From: an uncultured Eubacteriales bacterium
GTDB taxonomy: Bacteria > Bacillota > Clostridia > Oscillospirales > Acutalibacteraceae
Direction: 5' to 3'
Length of the DNA: 43,930 bases
Assembly (NCBI GenBank): GCA_964416045.1
Contig: CAYQCM010000001.1
Location: forward strand, 1-43,930
Part shown: positions 35,099-43,684 of the stretch, one piece after another
How the letters are laid out: each line of letters begins with the position of its first letter
Position numbering within the stretch: the stretch's first letter is position 1
Made by a program: the position numbers and the translations under genes
The notes under the pieces: generated by a model
Seen by the model: the letters and a program-made list of their open reading frames with translations, nothing else
Told to the model about the DNA's origin: nothing
Databases searched by the model: none

Positions 35099-37900
35099 AT
35101 GTCTACAAACAACTACAACGATACTCTTAATTTGCCGAAAACCGACTTTCCCATGAAAGCTAATTTACCGGAAAAGGAAGCCGAGTTCTTTAAACAGTTT
35201 GAAAATAATGATATTTATAATAAGCTTATGTCTCATAATAAGGATAAGCCTGTATATGTATTGCATGATGGTCCGCCTTACGCAAACGGAGATATTCATT
35301 TAGGTCATGCACTTAATAAAATACTTAAAGATTTTGTTGTAAGATTTAAAAATATTTCCGGGTATAGATCTCCGTATATTCCTGGATGGGATACTCATGG
35401 ATTACCTACAGAACTTAAAGCTAGAAAAAAAGCTAATATTAAAAATTCTCAGGATATTAGTGATTCTCAGCTGAGAAAAATTTGCAAGGAATTCGCAATG
35501 GACTACGTAAATACTCAAAGAGAGCAGTTTAAGAGACTTGGAATACTTGGCAATTGGGATCAGCCTTATATTACTCTCCAGCCTGAATTTGAGGCTAAAC
35601 AGATAGAAGTTTTTACAAAGATGGCGTCTGAGAAAGCTATATATAGAGGTCTTAAACCGGTTTATTGGTGCCCTAGTTGTGAAACGGCTTTGGCAGAGGC
35701 CGAGATAGAGTATAGTGATGATGACTGTCAATCAATATATGTAAAATTTAAGGTTAAAGAAGATAATGGAATATTTTCTAATTTAAATATTGATACTTCG
35801 AATGTTTATTTTGTAATTTGGACTACCACTACTTGGACTTTGCCGGGAAATGTTGCTATATGTTTAGGTCCTGATATTGATTACTCTATAGTAAAATATA
35901 ATAGTGAATATTACATTATTGCAAAAGACCTTTGTAATGAAAGTATGAAAGCTGCTGGAATAGAAGAATATGAAGTGATTTCAACCGTTAAAGGTTCCAA
36001 ATTTGAAGGTATTAAAACATCCCATCCATTTTTAGATAGAGATTCTATTGTAATTTTGGGAGATCACGTAACCACCGCAAGCGGTACAGGATGCGTTCAT
36101 ACTGCTCCCGGTCATGGTGTAGAAGATTTTGAAGTTTGTTTGAAATATGATAATATTCCTATTGTGGTTCCGGTAAATTCGAGGGGTGTCTTGACGGAAG
36201 AAGCCGGACGGTTTTGCGGTATGCATATTTCTAAAGCAAATGATGAGATTAGTTCTTATTTAAGCGAAAAAGGACTTTTATTTTCTACTAAAAAAATTAG
36301 TCACTCATATCCACACTGTTGGAGATGTAAAAAATCGATTATCTTCAGAGCAACTAAACAATGGTTTTGTTCGATAGAAAAGTTTAAAGATAAGGCTATG
36401 AAGGAAATTAATAGCATACAATGGATACCTAAATGGGGCAAAGATAGAATGCAAGCGATGATTACCGAAAGAAAAGATTGGTGTATTTCACGTCAGAGAA
36501 AATGGGGAGTACCTATACCAATATTTTTTTGTGATAATTGCTCAGAGCCTTTAATTGATGAAAGCGTTATGAAGAATGTATCTAAGATTTTCGGAAAAGA
36601 AGGTTCAGATTCTTGGTATATAAATGAAGCTGAGTATTTTATACCTGAAGATACTAAATGCAAAAATTGTGGACATAAACATTTTTTAAAAGAAACAGAT
36701 ATTATGGATGTATGGTTTGATTCGGGTGTTACAAACGAAGTGGTTTGTAAAAAAGAAGGTATGAAATGGCCGGCTGATCTTTATTTAGAGGGTGCTGATC
36801 AATATAGAGGGTGGTTTCAGTCATCTCTTTTGACCTCTATTGCATTTAATGGTAAGGCGCCTTATAAAACAGTTGTTACGCATGGTTGGGTTGTTGACGA
36901 AGAAGGTAAAAAACAATCTAAATCTGTTGGAAACGGAGTTAAACCGAGTGAAATAATAAACAGGTATGGAGCTGACGTATTTAGACTGTGGGTAGCTTCT
37001 TCCGACTATCATACTGATGTTAAAATTTCTCATGACATTCTAAAACAGTTATGTGAGTCTTACAGAAAAATAAGAAATACAGCTAGATTTATAATAAGTA
37101 ACCTTTATGATTTCGATCCAAATAAAATTTCTTATAAAGTAAATGATCTTTTTGATATAGATAAATATATGCTTTATAAAGTTTACAAGTTAAATCAAGA
37201 TATAATTGATGCGTATAATAATTTTGAATTCCATGAGGTTTTCCACAGTATACAAAAGTTTTGTATTGTAGATTTGTCTAACTTTTACTTGGATATTTTA
37301 AAAGATAGGTTATATGTTTATAAATCAGATAGTATTCAAAGAAGATCTGCTCAGTTTACTATTTATAATATACTATCCGTTCTTGTTAAACTTTTGGCTC
37401 CAATACTTGCGTATACTTCTGAGGAAATATGGAAATATATGCCGCATAAAAGTGATGAGAATGTTGAAAGTGTTCTTTTGAATTCTATTTGTGTTGATGA
37501 GGATATTGAAAAAAGTGTAAGTAAAGAGCTTATTGAAAGGTTTAATAAAATTCAGATACTCAAAAATGATATTAGAAAAATTTTAGAAAAAGCTAGAAAA
37601 GATAAAATTATAGGTTCCTCTTTAGAGGCTAAAGTTACAATTTATAGCAGTGATCTAAATGCTTATAAATTTTTATGTGATAATGCAGGTGAAATTAAAG
37701 ATATACTAATTGTATCTGAAGTAGAGATTTTAAGCACAGGAATGGGAGAACATGAATTAGATAAAAATTCAAATATATCTGTGACTGTTCTTAGAGTAGG
37801 CGGCAAAAAATGTGAAAGATGCTGGATGTACTCAAATACGGTTGGAGAAGATGTTCAAAATCCTGATCTATGTGATAGATGTGCAAACATTTTAAAATAG
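35099..37900 (+). CDS. ileS: Isoleucine--tRNA ligase
   Basis: 933 aa. PPYANGDIHLGH (HIGH), KQSKSVGN (KMSKS), CP1 editing domain, C-terminal Zn finger CERCW...CDRC. Confidence 0.96.
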   Translation: MSTNNYNDTLNLPKTDFPMKANLPEKEAEFFKQFENNDIYNKLMSHNKDKPVYVLHDGPPYANGDIHLGHALNKILKDFVVRFKNISGYRSPYIPGWDTHGLPTELKARKKANIKNSQDISDSQLRKICKEFAMDYVNTQREQFKRLGILGNWDQPYITLQPEFEAKQIEVFTKMASEKAIYRGLKPVYWCPSCETALAEAEIEYSDDDCQSIYVKFKVKEDNGIFSNLNIDTSNVYFVIWTTTTWTLPGNVAICLGPDIDYSIVKYNSEYYIIAKDLCNESMKAAGIEEYEVISTVKGSKFEGIKTSHPFLDRDSIVILGDHVTTASGTGCVHTAPGHGVEDFEVCLKYDNIPIVVPVNSRGVLTEEAGRFCGMHISKANDEISSYLSEKGLLFSTKKISHSYPHCWRCKKSIIFRATKQWFCSIEKFKDKAMKEINSIQWIPKWGKDRMQAMITERKDWCISRQRKWGVPIPIFFCDNCSEPLIDESVMKNVSKIFGKEGSDSWYINEAEYFIPEDTKCKNCGHKHFLKETDIMDVWFDSGVTNEVVCKKEGMKWPADLYLEGADQYRGWFQSSLLTSIAFNGKAPYKTVVTHGWVVDEEGKKQSKSVGNGVKPSEIINRYGADVFRLWVASSDYHTDVKISHDILKQLCESYRKIRNTARFIISNLYDFDPNKISYKVNDLFDIDKYMLYKVYKLNQDIIDAYNNFEFHEVFHSIQKFCIVDLSNFYLDILKDRLYVYKSDSIQRRSAQFTIYNILSVLVKLLAPILAYTSEEIWKYMPHKSDENVESVLLNSICVDEDIEKSVSKELIERFNKIQILKNDIRKILEKARKDKIIGSSLEAKVTIYSSDLNAYKFLCDNAGEIKDILIVSEVEILSTGMGEHELDKNSNISVTVLRVGGKKCERCWMYSNTVGEDVQNPDLCDRCANILK

Positions 37901-37972
37901 TTTTAAAATTTTATTGCGGCTTGTCTTTTAAAGGCGGCCGCTATATTTATATTTTGTCGGAGGGGATTATAT

Positions 37973-38410
37973 TTGAAAAAGTTATTTATAATATTGTCTA
38001 CTTTTTTTGTGTTAGTAGATCAGGTGTTAAAAATTATTTTTTTAAAAATTTTAGATAAAAATATTGTGGTCATTCCAAACCTGTTGGAACTAGGCATTGT
38101 ACGTAACAGAGGAGCCGCTTTTGGAATACTTCAAAATAGTAGATGGATCTTTATTTTATTTACTATACTTGCAATTTTTTGTTTTTTTTATATAATATTT
38201 ATTAAAGCAGTTGATAATAAACTGTTTATAATATCTTCTATATTTGTTGTAGGTGGTGGTATTTTTATAGGATTTGTTATTGATTATATAAAATTATCAT
38301 TTTTTCCCCCTGTCTTTAATTTTGCAGATATATGTATTTCAGTTGGGGGAGCGCTTTTAATAGTCTATGTGTATTTGGACCAGGGAAATAAGGTATCATC
38401 AAATGGATAA
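37973..38410 (+). CDS. lspA: Signal peptidase II (LspA)-like protein, short variant lacking the GNxxDR block
   Basis: TTG start after GGAGGGG. VRNRGAAFG, VID and FNFAD motifs are present. The stretch between GGG and VID is about 6-7 residues shorter than canonical LspA. Confidence 0.75.
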   Translation: MKKLFIILSTFFVLVDQVLKIIFLKILDKNIVVIPNLLELGIVRNRGAAFGILQNSRWIFILFTILAIFCFFYIIFIKAVDNKLFIISSIFVVGGGIFIGFVIDYIKLSFFPPVFNFADICISVGGALLIVYVYLDQGNKVSSNG

Positions 38411-39323
38411 AATTATTATTGATGTAAAAGATGATATTTCTGATAAGAGAGTAGATGTTGCTGTTTGCCAGAGTATTGAAAATTTATCCAGAAGTTTTAC
38501 GCATAAACTTATTAAAGATGGTTTTATAACAGTTAATGAGAAAAACATAGATAAAAATTATATATTGAAATGTGGAGATGTAATCGAGGTATTTTTAAAA
38601 GACCCTCAACCTTCGGAAATATTACCTGAAGATATTTCTTTAGATATAGTTTATGAAGATGATGATCTTTTAGTAGTTAATAAAGAAAAAGGAATGGTTG
38701 TACATCCTGCCCCGGGAAATTATACGTCTACATTGGTAAATGCTTTACTAAATCACTGCGGAGATTCTCTTTCAGGTATAAATGGTGTTATTAGGCCAGG
38801 CATTGTTCATAGAATAGATAAAGATACAAGTGGTCTTTTGATAGTAGCTAAAAATGATTTTTCTCATAGTCTTCTTGCCGAACAAATTAAAGAACATAGC
38901 TTTAGAAGAGAATATGAAGCGATAGTTCATGGAAATGTTTCGAGTGATTCCGGTACTATTGATGCTCCTATAGGAAGAAATTCTATAGACAGAAAAAAAA
39001 TGTGCGTAACGGATAAATGCTCAAAACGTGCTATTACTTATTATAAAGTTATAAAAAGGTATGAAAAGTATACTCATGTTAGACTGAAACTTGAAACAGG
39101 TAGAACCCACCAGATAAGGGTACATATGTCTTATATTGGACATCCATTAGTTGGTGACATTGTCTATGGACCGAGTAAAAACAAAAATTTCAATTTATTT
39201 CAGGGACAGTGTTTACATGCTAGAGTTATAGGATTTATTCATCCGAGAAACAATAGGTACTTAGAGTTTACAAGTGATTTACCAAAATATTTTAAGGATT
39301 ATATTAATTTTTTGAAAGGTTAA
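38403..39323 (+). CDS. rluD: RluA/RluD-family 23S rRNA pseudouridine synthase
   Basis: Start ATG 38403 (overlaps the lspA stop). N-terminal S4 domain, catalytic HRIDKDTSGLL, TGRTHQIRVH. Confidence 0.9.
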   Translation: MDKIIIDVKDDISDKRVDVAVCQSIENLSRSFTHKLIKDGFITVNEKNIDKNYILKCGDVIEVFLKDPQPSEILPEDISLDIVYEDDDLLVVNKEKGMVVHPAPGNYTSTLVNALLNHCGDSLSGINGVIRPGIVHRIDKDTSGLLIVAKNDFSHSLLAEQIKEHSFRREYEAIVHGNVSSDSGTIDAPIGRNSIDRKKMCVTDKCSKRAITYYKVIKRYEKYTHVRLKLETGRTHQIRVHMSYIGHPLVGDIVYGPSKNKNFNLFQGQCLHARVIGFIHPRNNRYLEFTSDLPKYFKDYINFLKG

Positions 39324-39388
39324 CCTTTTTGAGATTATATATATAAATTTTATTATAGTTAGTTTTTATTGATAGGTAGGTGAAAAAA

Positions 39389-41485
39389 ATGGGAAAAAAT
39401 CAAAAAGATGTTCCATATAATAATAGGGAAATTAGTTGGATGGATTTTAATTATCGGGTTCTTGAAGAGGCTATAGACAAAAATAATCCTATTATGGAAA
39501 GAGTTAAATTTTTGTCCATTTCATCTTCGAATCTTGATGAATTTTTTATGGTTAGAGTTGCTGGAATAATGGAAAAAATTGAAATTAGATCTACGGATAA
39601 AGACTCATCCGGATTAAAACCTAAGCAACTTTTATCTGCTCTTACCAAAAAAATACATGATTTTTATGAAAAACAGTATCTTTGTTTTCATAAAATGATT
39701 CTTCCGGATCTTAAAAAAGATGGTATAGAGATTTTAAAGTGGAAAGAATTGAATAAAGATCAGGTAAAATTTACTGATAATTTTTTTAATATGATAATTT
39801 TTCCTGTTTTAACTCCTCTGGCAATAGATCAATCAAGACCATTCCCTTTTTTAGCTAATAAGACTTTAAATATAGCGGTAGAGTTAGATGGCGGTAAGTA
39901 TGAATCTACTTTTGGAATAGTACAGGTTCCTGCAATTCTTCCAAGATTTATAAAACTTCCAAGTAAAAATTCTAAAAGCTATATTTTGCTTGAAGACATT
40001 ATAATACGTCAATTACCCAAGCTTTTTGAAATATATGAAATAAAATCAAGTTGTACTTTTCGAATTACTAGAGATTCTGATTTAGAAATAGATGAAGATG
40101 CGGAAGATCTTTTAATGGAGATTGAAAAGTCTATAAAAAAACGTAGGCATGGTGCATTAGTTAGACTTGAAATAGGTAATACAAAAAGTGAAACTATTAA
40201 AAATTTTATTATAGATATACTTGACGCAAGTAAAAAAGAAATATATATATCTAAAGGACCACTCGATTTTACTTTTCTTTCTAAATTCTATGATGAAATT
40301 AATGATAAAAAGTTAAAATATAAAGATGTTCAGCCGGTAAATCCGCCAGTTGGATTCTTAAATTATGATGATATTTTTAAATCTATATCTGAAAAAGACA
40401 AAATAGTTTATCATCCATTTGAAAGTTTTGATTGTGTAATACAATTTGTGCAAAAAGCGGCGGAAGATAAAAACGTTCTTGCGATAAAACAGACTCTATA
40501 CAGAGTAAGCGGAAACTCTCCTATAATTGCTGCACTTATTAAAGCTGCTGAAAACGGTAAACAGGTTACCGTACTTGTAGAATTAAAGGCGCGTTTTGAC
40601 GAAGAAAAAAATATAGTTTGGGCTAAAAAGTTGGAAAAAGCGGGATGCCATGTTATATATGGAGTCCCTGGATTAAAAACTCATTGCAAAGTTTTACTTG
40701 TAGTAAGACGAGAAAAAGATGTAATAAAAAGGTATATACATCTGAGTACTGGCAATTATAATGATACAACGGCTAAATACTATACTGATATTGGATATTT
40801 TACTTGTAAAGAAAGTTTTGGTACGGATGTATCTTCCTTATTTAATTTTATTACCGGATATTCTTTACATCCAAATTATAAGAAAATTGTCGTTGCCCCG
40901 AAGAATATGAGAGATTTCTTTATTGATATGGTGAAAAGAGAAATTGCTAATTCAAAGAAAAAATTAAAAAATGGAATAATAATAAAGGTAAATTCTTTGG
41001 TGGATTATAAAATTATTGAGATGCTTTATAAGGCTTCTTGTGAGGGTGTAAAAATTAAGCTGATAGTCAGGGGAGTGTGTTGTCTAGTTCCGGGAGTTAA
41101 AGGTATAAGTGAAAATATTGAAGTTAGAAGTATTGTTGGAAGATTTCTTGAACATAGCCGTATTTTTTATTTTGAAAACGGTGGAAATCCAAAATTATAC
41201 ATGAGCAGCGCGGATCTTATGCCTAGAAATCTGGATAAAAGAATAGAACTTGCTTTTCCAGTTGAAGATACTGATCTTAAAAATAAATATATTGAGGTTT
41301 TGAACATTATTCTTAAAGATAATTTTAATTCTAGAATTCAAAATTCAGATACTATTTATTTGAAAGAAAATATAAAAGGTAAGAAAATTTTTAATAGCCA
41401 AATGGAACTATTTAAGATTTTTAAAGAATATAAAGTTGATCAGGTAGAAAAATGTAAGTTAGAAAGTTCTCAAAAGTTTAAATAG
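39389..41485 (+). CDS. ppk: Polyphosphate kinase 1
   Basis: YNNREISWMDFNYRVLEEA N-terminus and two PLD-like HKD-type regions (LKTHCKVLLV, FLEHSRIFYF). Alternative GTG start at 39380. Confidence 0.93.
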   Translation: MGKNQKDVPYNNREISWMDFNYRVLEEAIDKNNPIMERVKFLSISSSNLDEFFMVRVAGIMEKIEIRSTDKDSSGLKPKQLLSALTKKIHDFYEKQYLCFHKMILPDLKKDGIEILKWKELNKDQVKFTDNFFNMIIFPVLTPLAIDQSRPFPFLANKTLNIAVELDGGKYESTFGIVQVPAILPRFIKLPSKNSKSYILLEDIIIRQLPKLFEIYEIKSSCTFRITRDSDLEIDEDAEDLLMEIEKSIKKRRHGALVRLEIGNTKSETIKNFIIDILDASKKEIYISKGPLDFTFLSKFYDEINDKKLKYKDVQPVNPPVGFLNYDDIFKSISEKDKIVYHPFESFDCVIQFVQKAAEDKNVLAIKQTLYRVSGNSPIIAALIKAAENGKQVTVLVELKARFDEEKNIVWAKKLEKAGCHVIYGVPGLKTHCKVLLVVRREKDVIKRYIHLSTGNYNDTTAKYYTDIGYFTCKESFGTDVSSLFNFITGYSLHPNYKKIVVAPKNMRDFFIDMVKREIANSKKKLKNGIIIKVNSLVDYKIIEMLYKASCEGVKIKLIVRGVCCLVPGVKGISENIEVRSIVGRFLEHSRIFYFENGGNPKLYMSSADLMPRNLDKRIELAFPVEDTDLKNKYIEVLNIILKDNFNSRIQNSDTIYLKENIKGKKIFNSQMELFKIFKEYKVDQVEKCKLESSQKFK

Positions 41486-41510
41486 ATTATTTAGGTTAGG
41501 AGATGATACT

Positions 41511-42596
41511 TTGTCTATAAAAAAAGTGGGGATATTAACCAGCGGAGGGGACTGTCAAGGACTTAATGCTGCTATTAGAGGGGTATGTAAATCTCTTTAT
41601 GGGATATATGGTGAAGAGAATATAGAGATATACGGTATCGTTGATGGGTATAGGGGACTTATAAATTGTGAGTACAGACTCCTTAAAAGAGAAGAATTTT
41701 CAGGTATCTTAAATCTTGGTGGAACTATACTTGGTACTTCAAGGGAACCGTTTAAAAAGATTAGAGATATTGAAAAAGATAATATAGATAAACTTGGTTT
41801 TATGAAAGAGACTTATAAGAAACTTAAATTAGATTGTCTTGTGATATTGGGAGGAAACGGTACGCATAAAACAGCAAATCTTTTAAGCAGTGAAGGTCTT
41901 AATGTAATTACGCTTCCCAAGACTATTGACAATGATTTATTCGGAACAGACGTAACTTTTGGTTTTCATAGTGCCGTAGGGATAGCTTCTCAGGTTATTG
42001 ACTGTATACACACTACCGCTACATCTCATGGAAGAATATTTATTATTGAAATTATGGGGAATAAGGTAGGTTGGCTGACTTTATACTCTGGTATTGCAAG
42101 TGGGGCAGATATTATTTTAATTCCGGAGATACCTTATAATTTGAATTCTATTATAAAGTCGCTTGAAAACAGGTCGAAACAAGGTAAGAAATTTTCTATT
42201 ATTGCAATGGCTGAAGGGTCTATTCCCAGTGAGTACAAAGATTTATCTAAGAGTGAAAGAAAAGAAAAGCTTAAGAAAAACAATTGTTCAACCATTTCAT
42301 ATAAGTTAGCAGGTGACCTCGAAAAAGCTGTTGGACAAGAAATAAGGGTTACAGTTCCGGGTCATTTCCAAAGAGGAGGAGATCCTTGTCCTTACGATAG
42401 AATATTAGCCACAAGGTTTGGGTCTTTTGCTGCTAAGTTATTTAGTGAAAGTAGATATGGAAATATGGTTTCACTTCAGAATGAAAGGATAGTAGCTGTA
42501 CCTTTAAAGGATGTAGCCGGGAAGTTAAAAACGGTTCCTGAAGATAGTCAAATTGTATTGTCTGCTAGAAGAATAGGTACAAATTTTGGCGACTGA
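41511..42596 (+). CDS. pfkA: 6-phosphofructokinase (PFK-A superfamily; phosphoryl donor not certain)
   Basis: TTG start after AGGAG. GILTSGGDCQGLNAAIRG, ILGGNGTH, LPKTIDNDL, MGNKVGW, GHFQRGG. Confidence 0.88.
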   Translation: MSIKKVGILTSGGDCQGLNAAIRGVCKSLYGIYGEENIEIYGIVDGYRGLINCEYRLLKREEFSGILNLGGTILGTSREPFKKIRDIEKDNIDKLGFMKETYKKLKLDCLVILGGNGTHKTANLLSSEGLNVITLPKTIDNDLFGTDVTFGFHSAVGIASQVIDCIHTTATSHGRIFIIEIMGNKVGWLTLYSGIASGADIILIPEIPYNLNSIIKSLENRSKQGKKFSIIAMAEGSIPSEYKDLSKSERKEKLKKNNCSTISYKLAGDLEKAVGQEIRVTVPGHFQRGGDPCPYDRILATRFGSFAAKLFSESRYGNMVSLQNERIVAVPLKDVAGKLKTVPEDSQIVLSARRIGTNFGD

Positions 42597-42645
42597 TTTT
42601 ATAATCTTTAAAAAGTTTTATTAAAGTTGAAAGGATGATATTATA

Positions 42646-42921
42646 ATGGAAAACGATAAAATTGTAGATTTATTTCATGATGAAGAATTCTTAAAGAAGT
42701 TTAGTAATTTGAAAGATGAAAATGAAGCTATTGAACTTTTTAAGAATAATGGCGCTGAAATTACTTATGAAGAATTTGATGAGTTGTATACTTTATGCGA
42801 TGAATACGTAAATAACGGAATGACAGTTTCTGATGAAAAGCTCGATATGATAGCTGCTGGTTTGAATGTTAGCAGAGATGTCATAATAGGATTTAAAGAG
42901 GCTATGGAATTTAGACTTTAA
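42646..42921 (+). CDS. Nif11-like leader domain peptide precursor with 19-aa C-terminal core (paralog C)
   Basis: 91 aa. IVDLFHDEEFLKKFSNLKDENEAIELFKNNGAEITYEEFDEL...VSDEKLDMIAAG followed by LNVSRDVIIGFKEAMEFRL. Aligns by eye with paralogs A and B. Confidence 0.6.
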   Translation: MENDKIVDLFHDEEFLKKFSNLKDENEAIELFKNNGAEITYEEFDELYTLCDEYVNNGMTVSDEKLDMIAAGLNVSRDVIIGFKEAMEFRL

Positions 42922-42937
42922 AAAAATTAAATGCTAC

Positions 42938-42966
42938 TTGATTTTTTATTAAGTTTTAGTTATAAT
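42938..42966 (+). promoter_or_regulatory. Promoter of the Myb-like gene (TTGATT-17-TATAAT)
   Basis: TTGATT at 42938-42943, 17-nt spacer, TATAAT at 42961-42966. AGGAG at 42995-42999. Confidence 0.6.
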
Positions 42967-43008
42967 CAGAAATAAATTTAATAAAAATTATCATAGGAGA
43001 AGCAAACA

Positions 43009-43659
43009 ATGAAAAAATTTTTTTCAACATTTTTAAGTTTAGTAATATTTAGTTTTTTAACTATACCCAATTTTTTTGCGGGTAATCATTCTAGAAGAAG
43101 GCAAAAATTTACGCCAGAAGAAGATAAAAGATTAATTGAACTTGTAAATGAACACGGGGAATCAAACTGGGTGTTAATAGCTTCACTCATGGAAAATCGA
43201 ACTGTAAGGCAGTGCAGAGAAAGATGGAAACATTATCTTAGTGTAAGTGGAACTGGAAATAAACCATTTAGTCCAGAGGAAGATGAAGTAATTTTAAAAA
43301 AAGTTGAAGAATTGGGACACAAATGGACAAAAATAGCTGCATTTTTGCCTGGCAGATCAGATCTTAATATTAAAAATAGGTGGTTTAATTTTATAAGAAG
43401 GCATTGTAATAGTATTGGATTACGTCACGCTCCAATTAGGAGATGTAATATTTTACCCGAGCAAAATCCAGAGCAAGTTCATGTTGCTTCCACATTACAA
43501 TTAGAGTTTAATCAAGAAGGCGTTGTTCCAGAACCATTGGAACCTAATCAGGAATCAGGCCTTAATAGTTTTGAAACGCCTCCGTTTTTTGAAGATGATA
43601 ATATATTTGGATTAGAGGATGATTTCGATAGAGATAAATGGGATTTTTATCCTTTTTAA
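43009..43659 (+). CDS. Signal-peptide-bearing protein with tandem eukaryote-type Myb (R2R3) DNA-binding repeats and acidic C-terminal tail
   Basis: 216 aa. MKKFFSTFLSLVIFSFLTIPNFFA/G signal. R2-like KFTPEEDKRLIELVNEHGESNWVLIASLMENRTVRQCRERWKHYL. R3-like PFSPEEDEVILKKVEELGHKWTKIAAFLPGRSDLNIKNRWFNFIRR. Acidic/aromatic tail FFEDDNIFGLEDDFDRDKWDFYPF. Confidence 0.8.
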   Translation: MKKFFSTFLSLVIFSFLTIPNFFAGNHSRRRQKFTPEEDKRLIELVNEHGESNWVLIASLMENRTVRQCRERWKHYLSVSGTGNKPFSPEEDEVILKKVEELGHKWTKIAAFLPGRSDLNIKNRWFNFIRRHCNSIGLRHAPIRRCNILPEQNPEQVHVASTLQLEFNQEGVVPEPLEPNQESGLNSFETPPFFEDDNIFGLEDDFDRDKWDFYPF

Positions 43660-43684
43660 TAATGATTGATATTTTGAAGTTATA

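Noticed and set aside
37914-37943. GC-rich palindromic segment (gcggc...ggcggccgc, includes a NotI site) after ileS as a possible special element
   Set aside because: It is most simply a weak terminator-like hairpin (5-6 bp stem, long loop) between ileS and lspA. It is a single copy in the window with no repeat partners.
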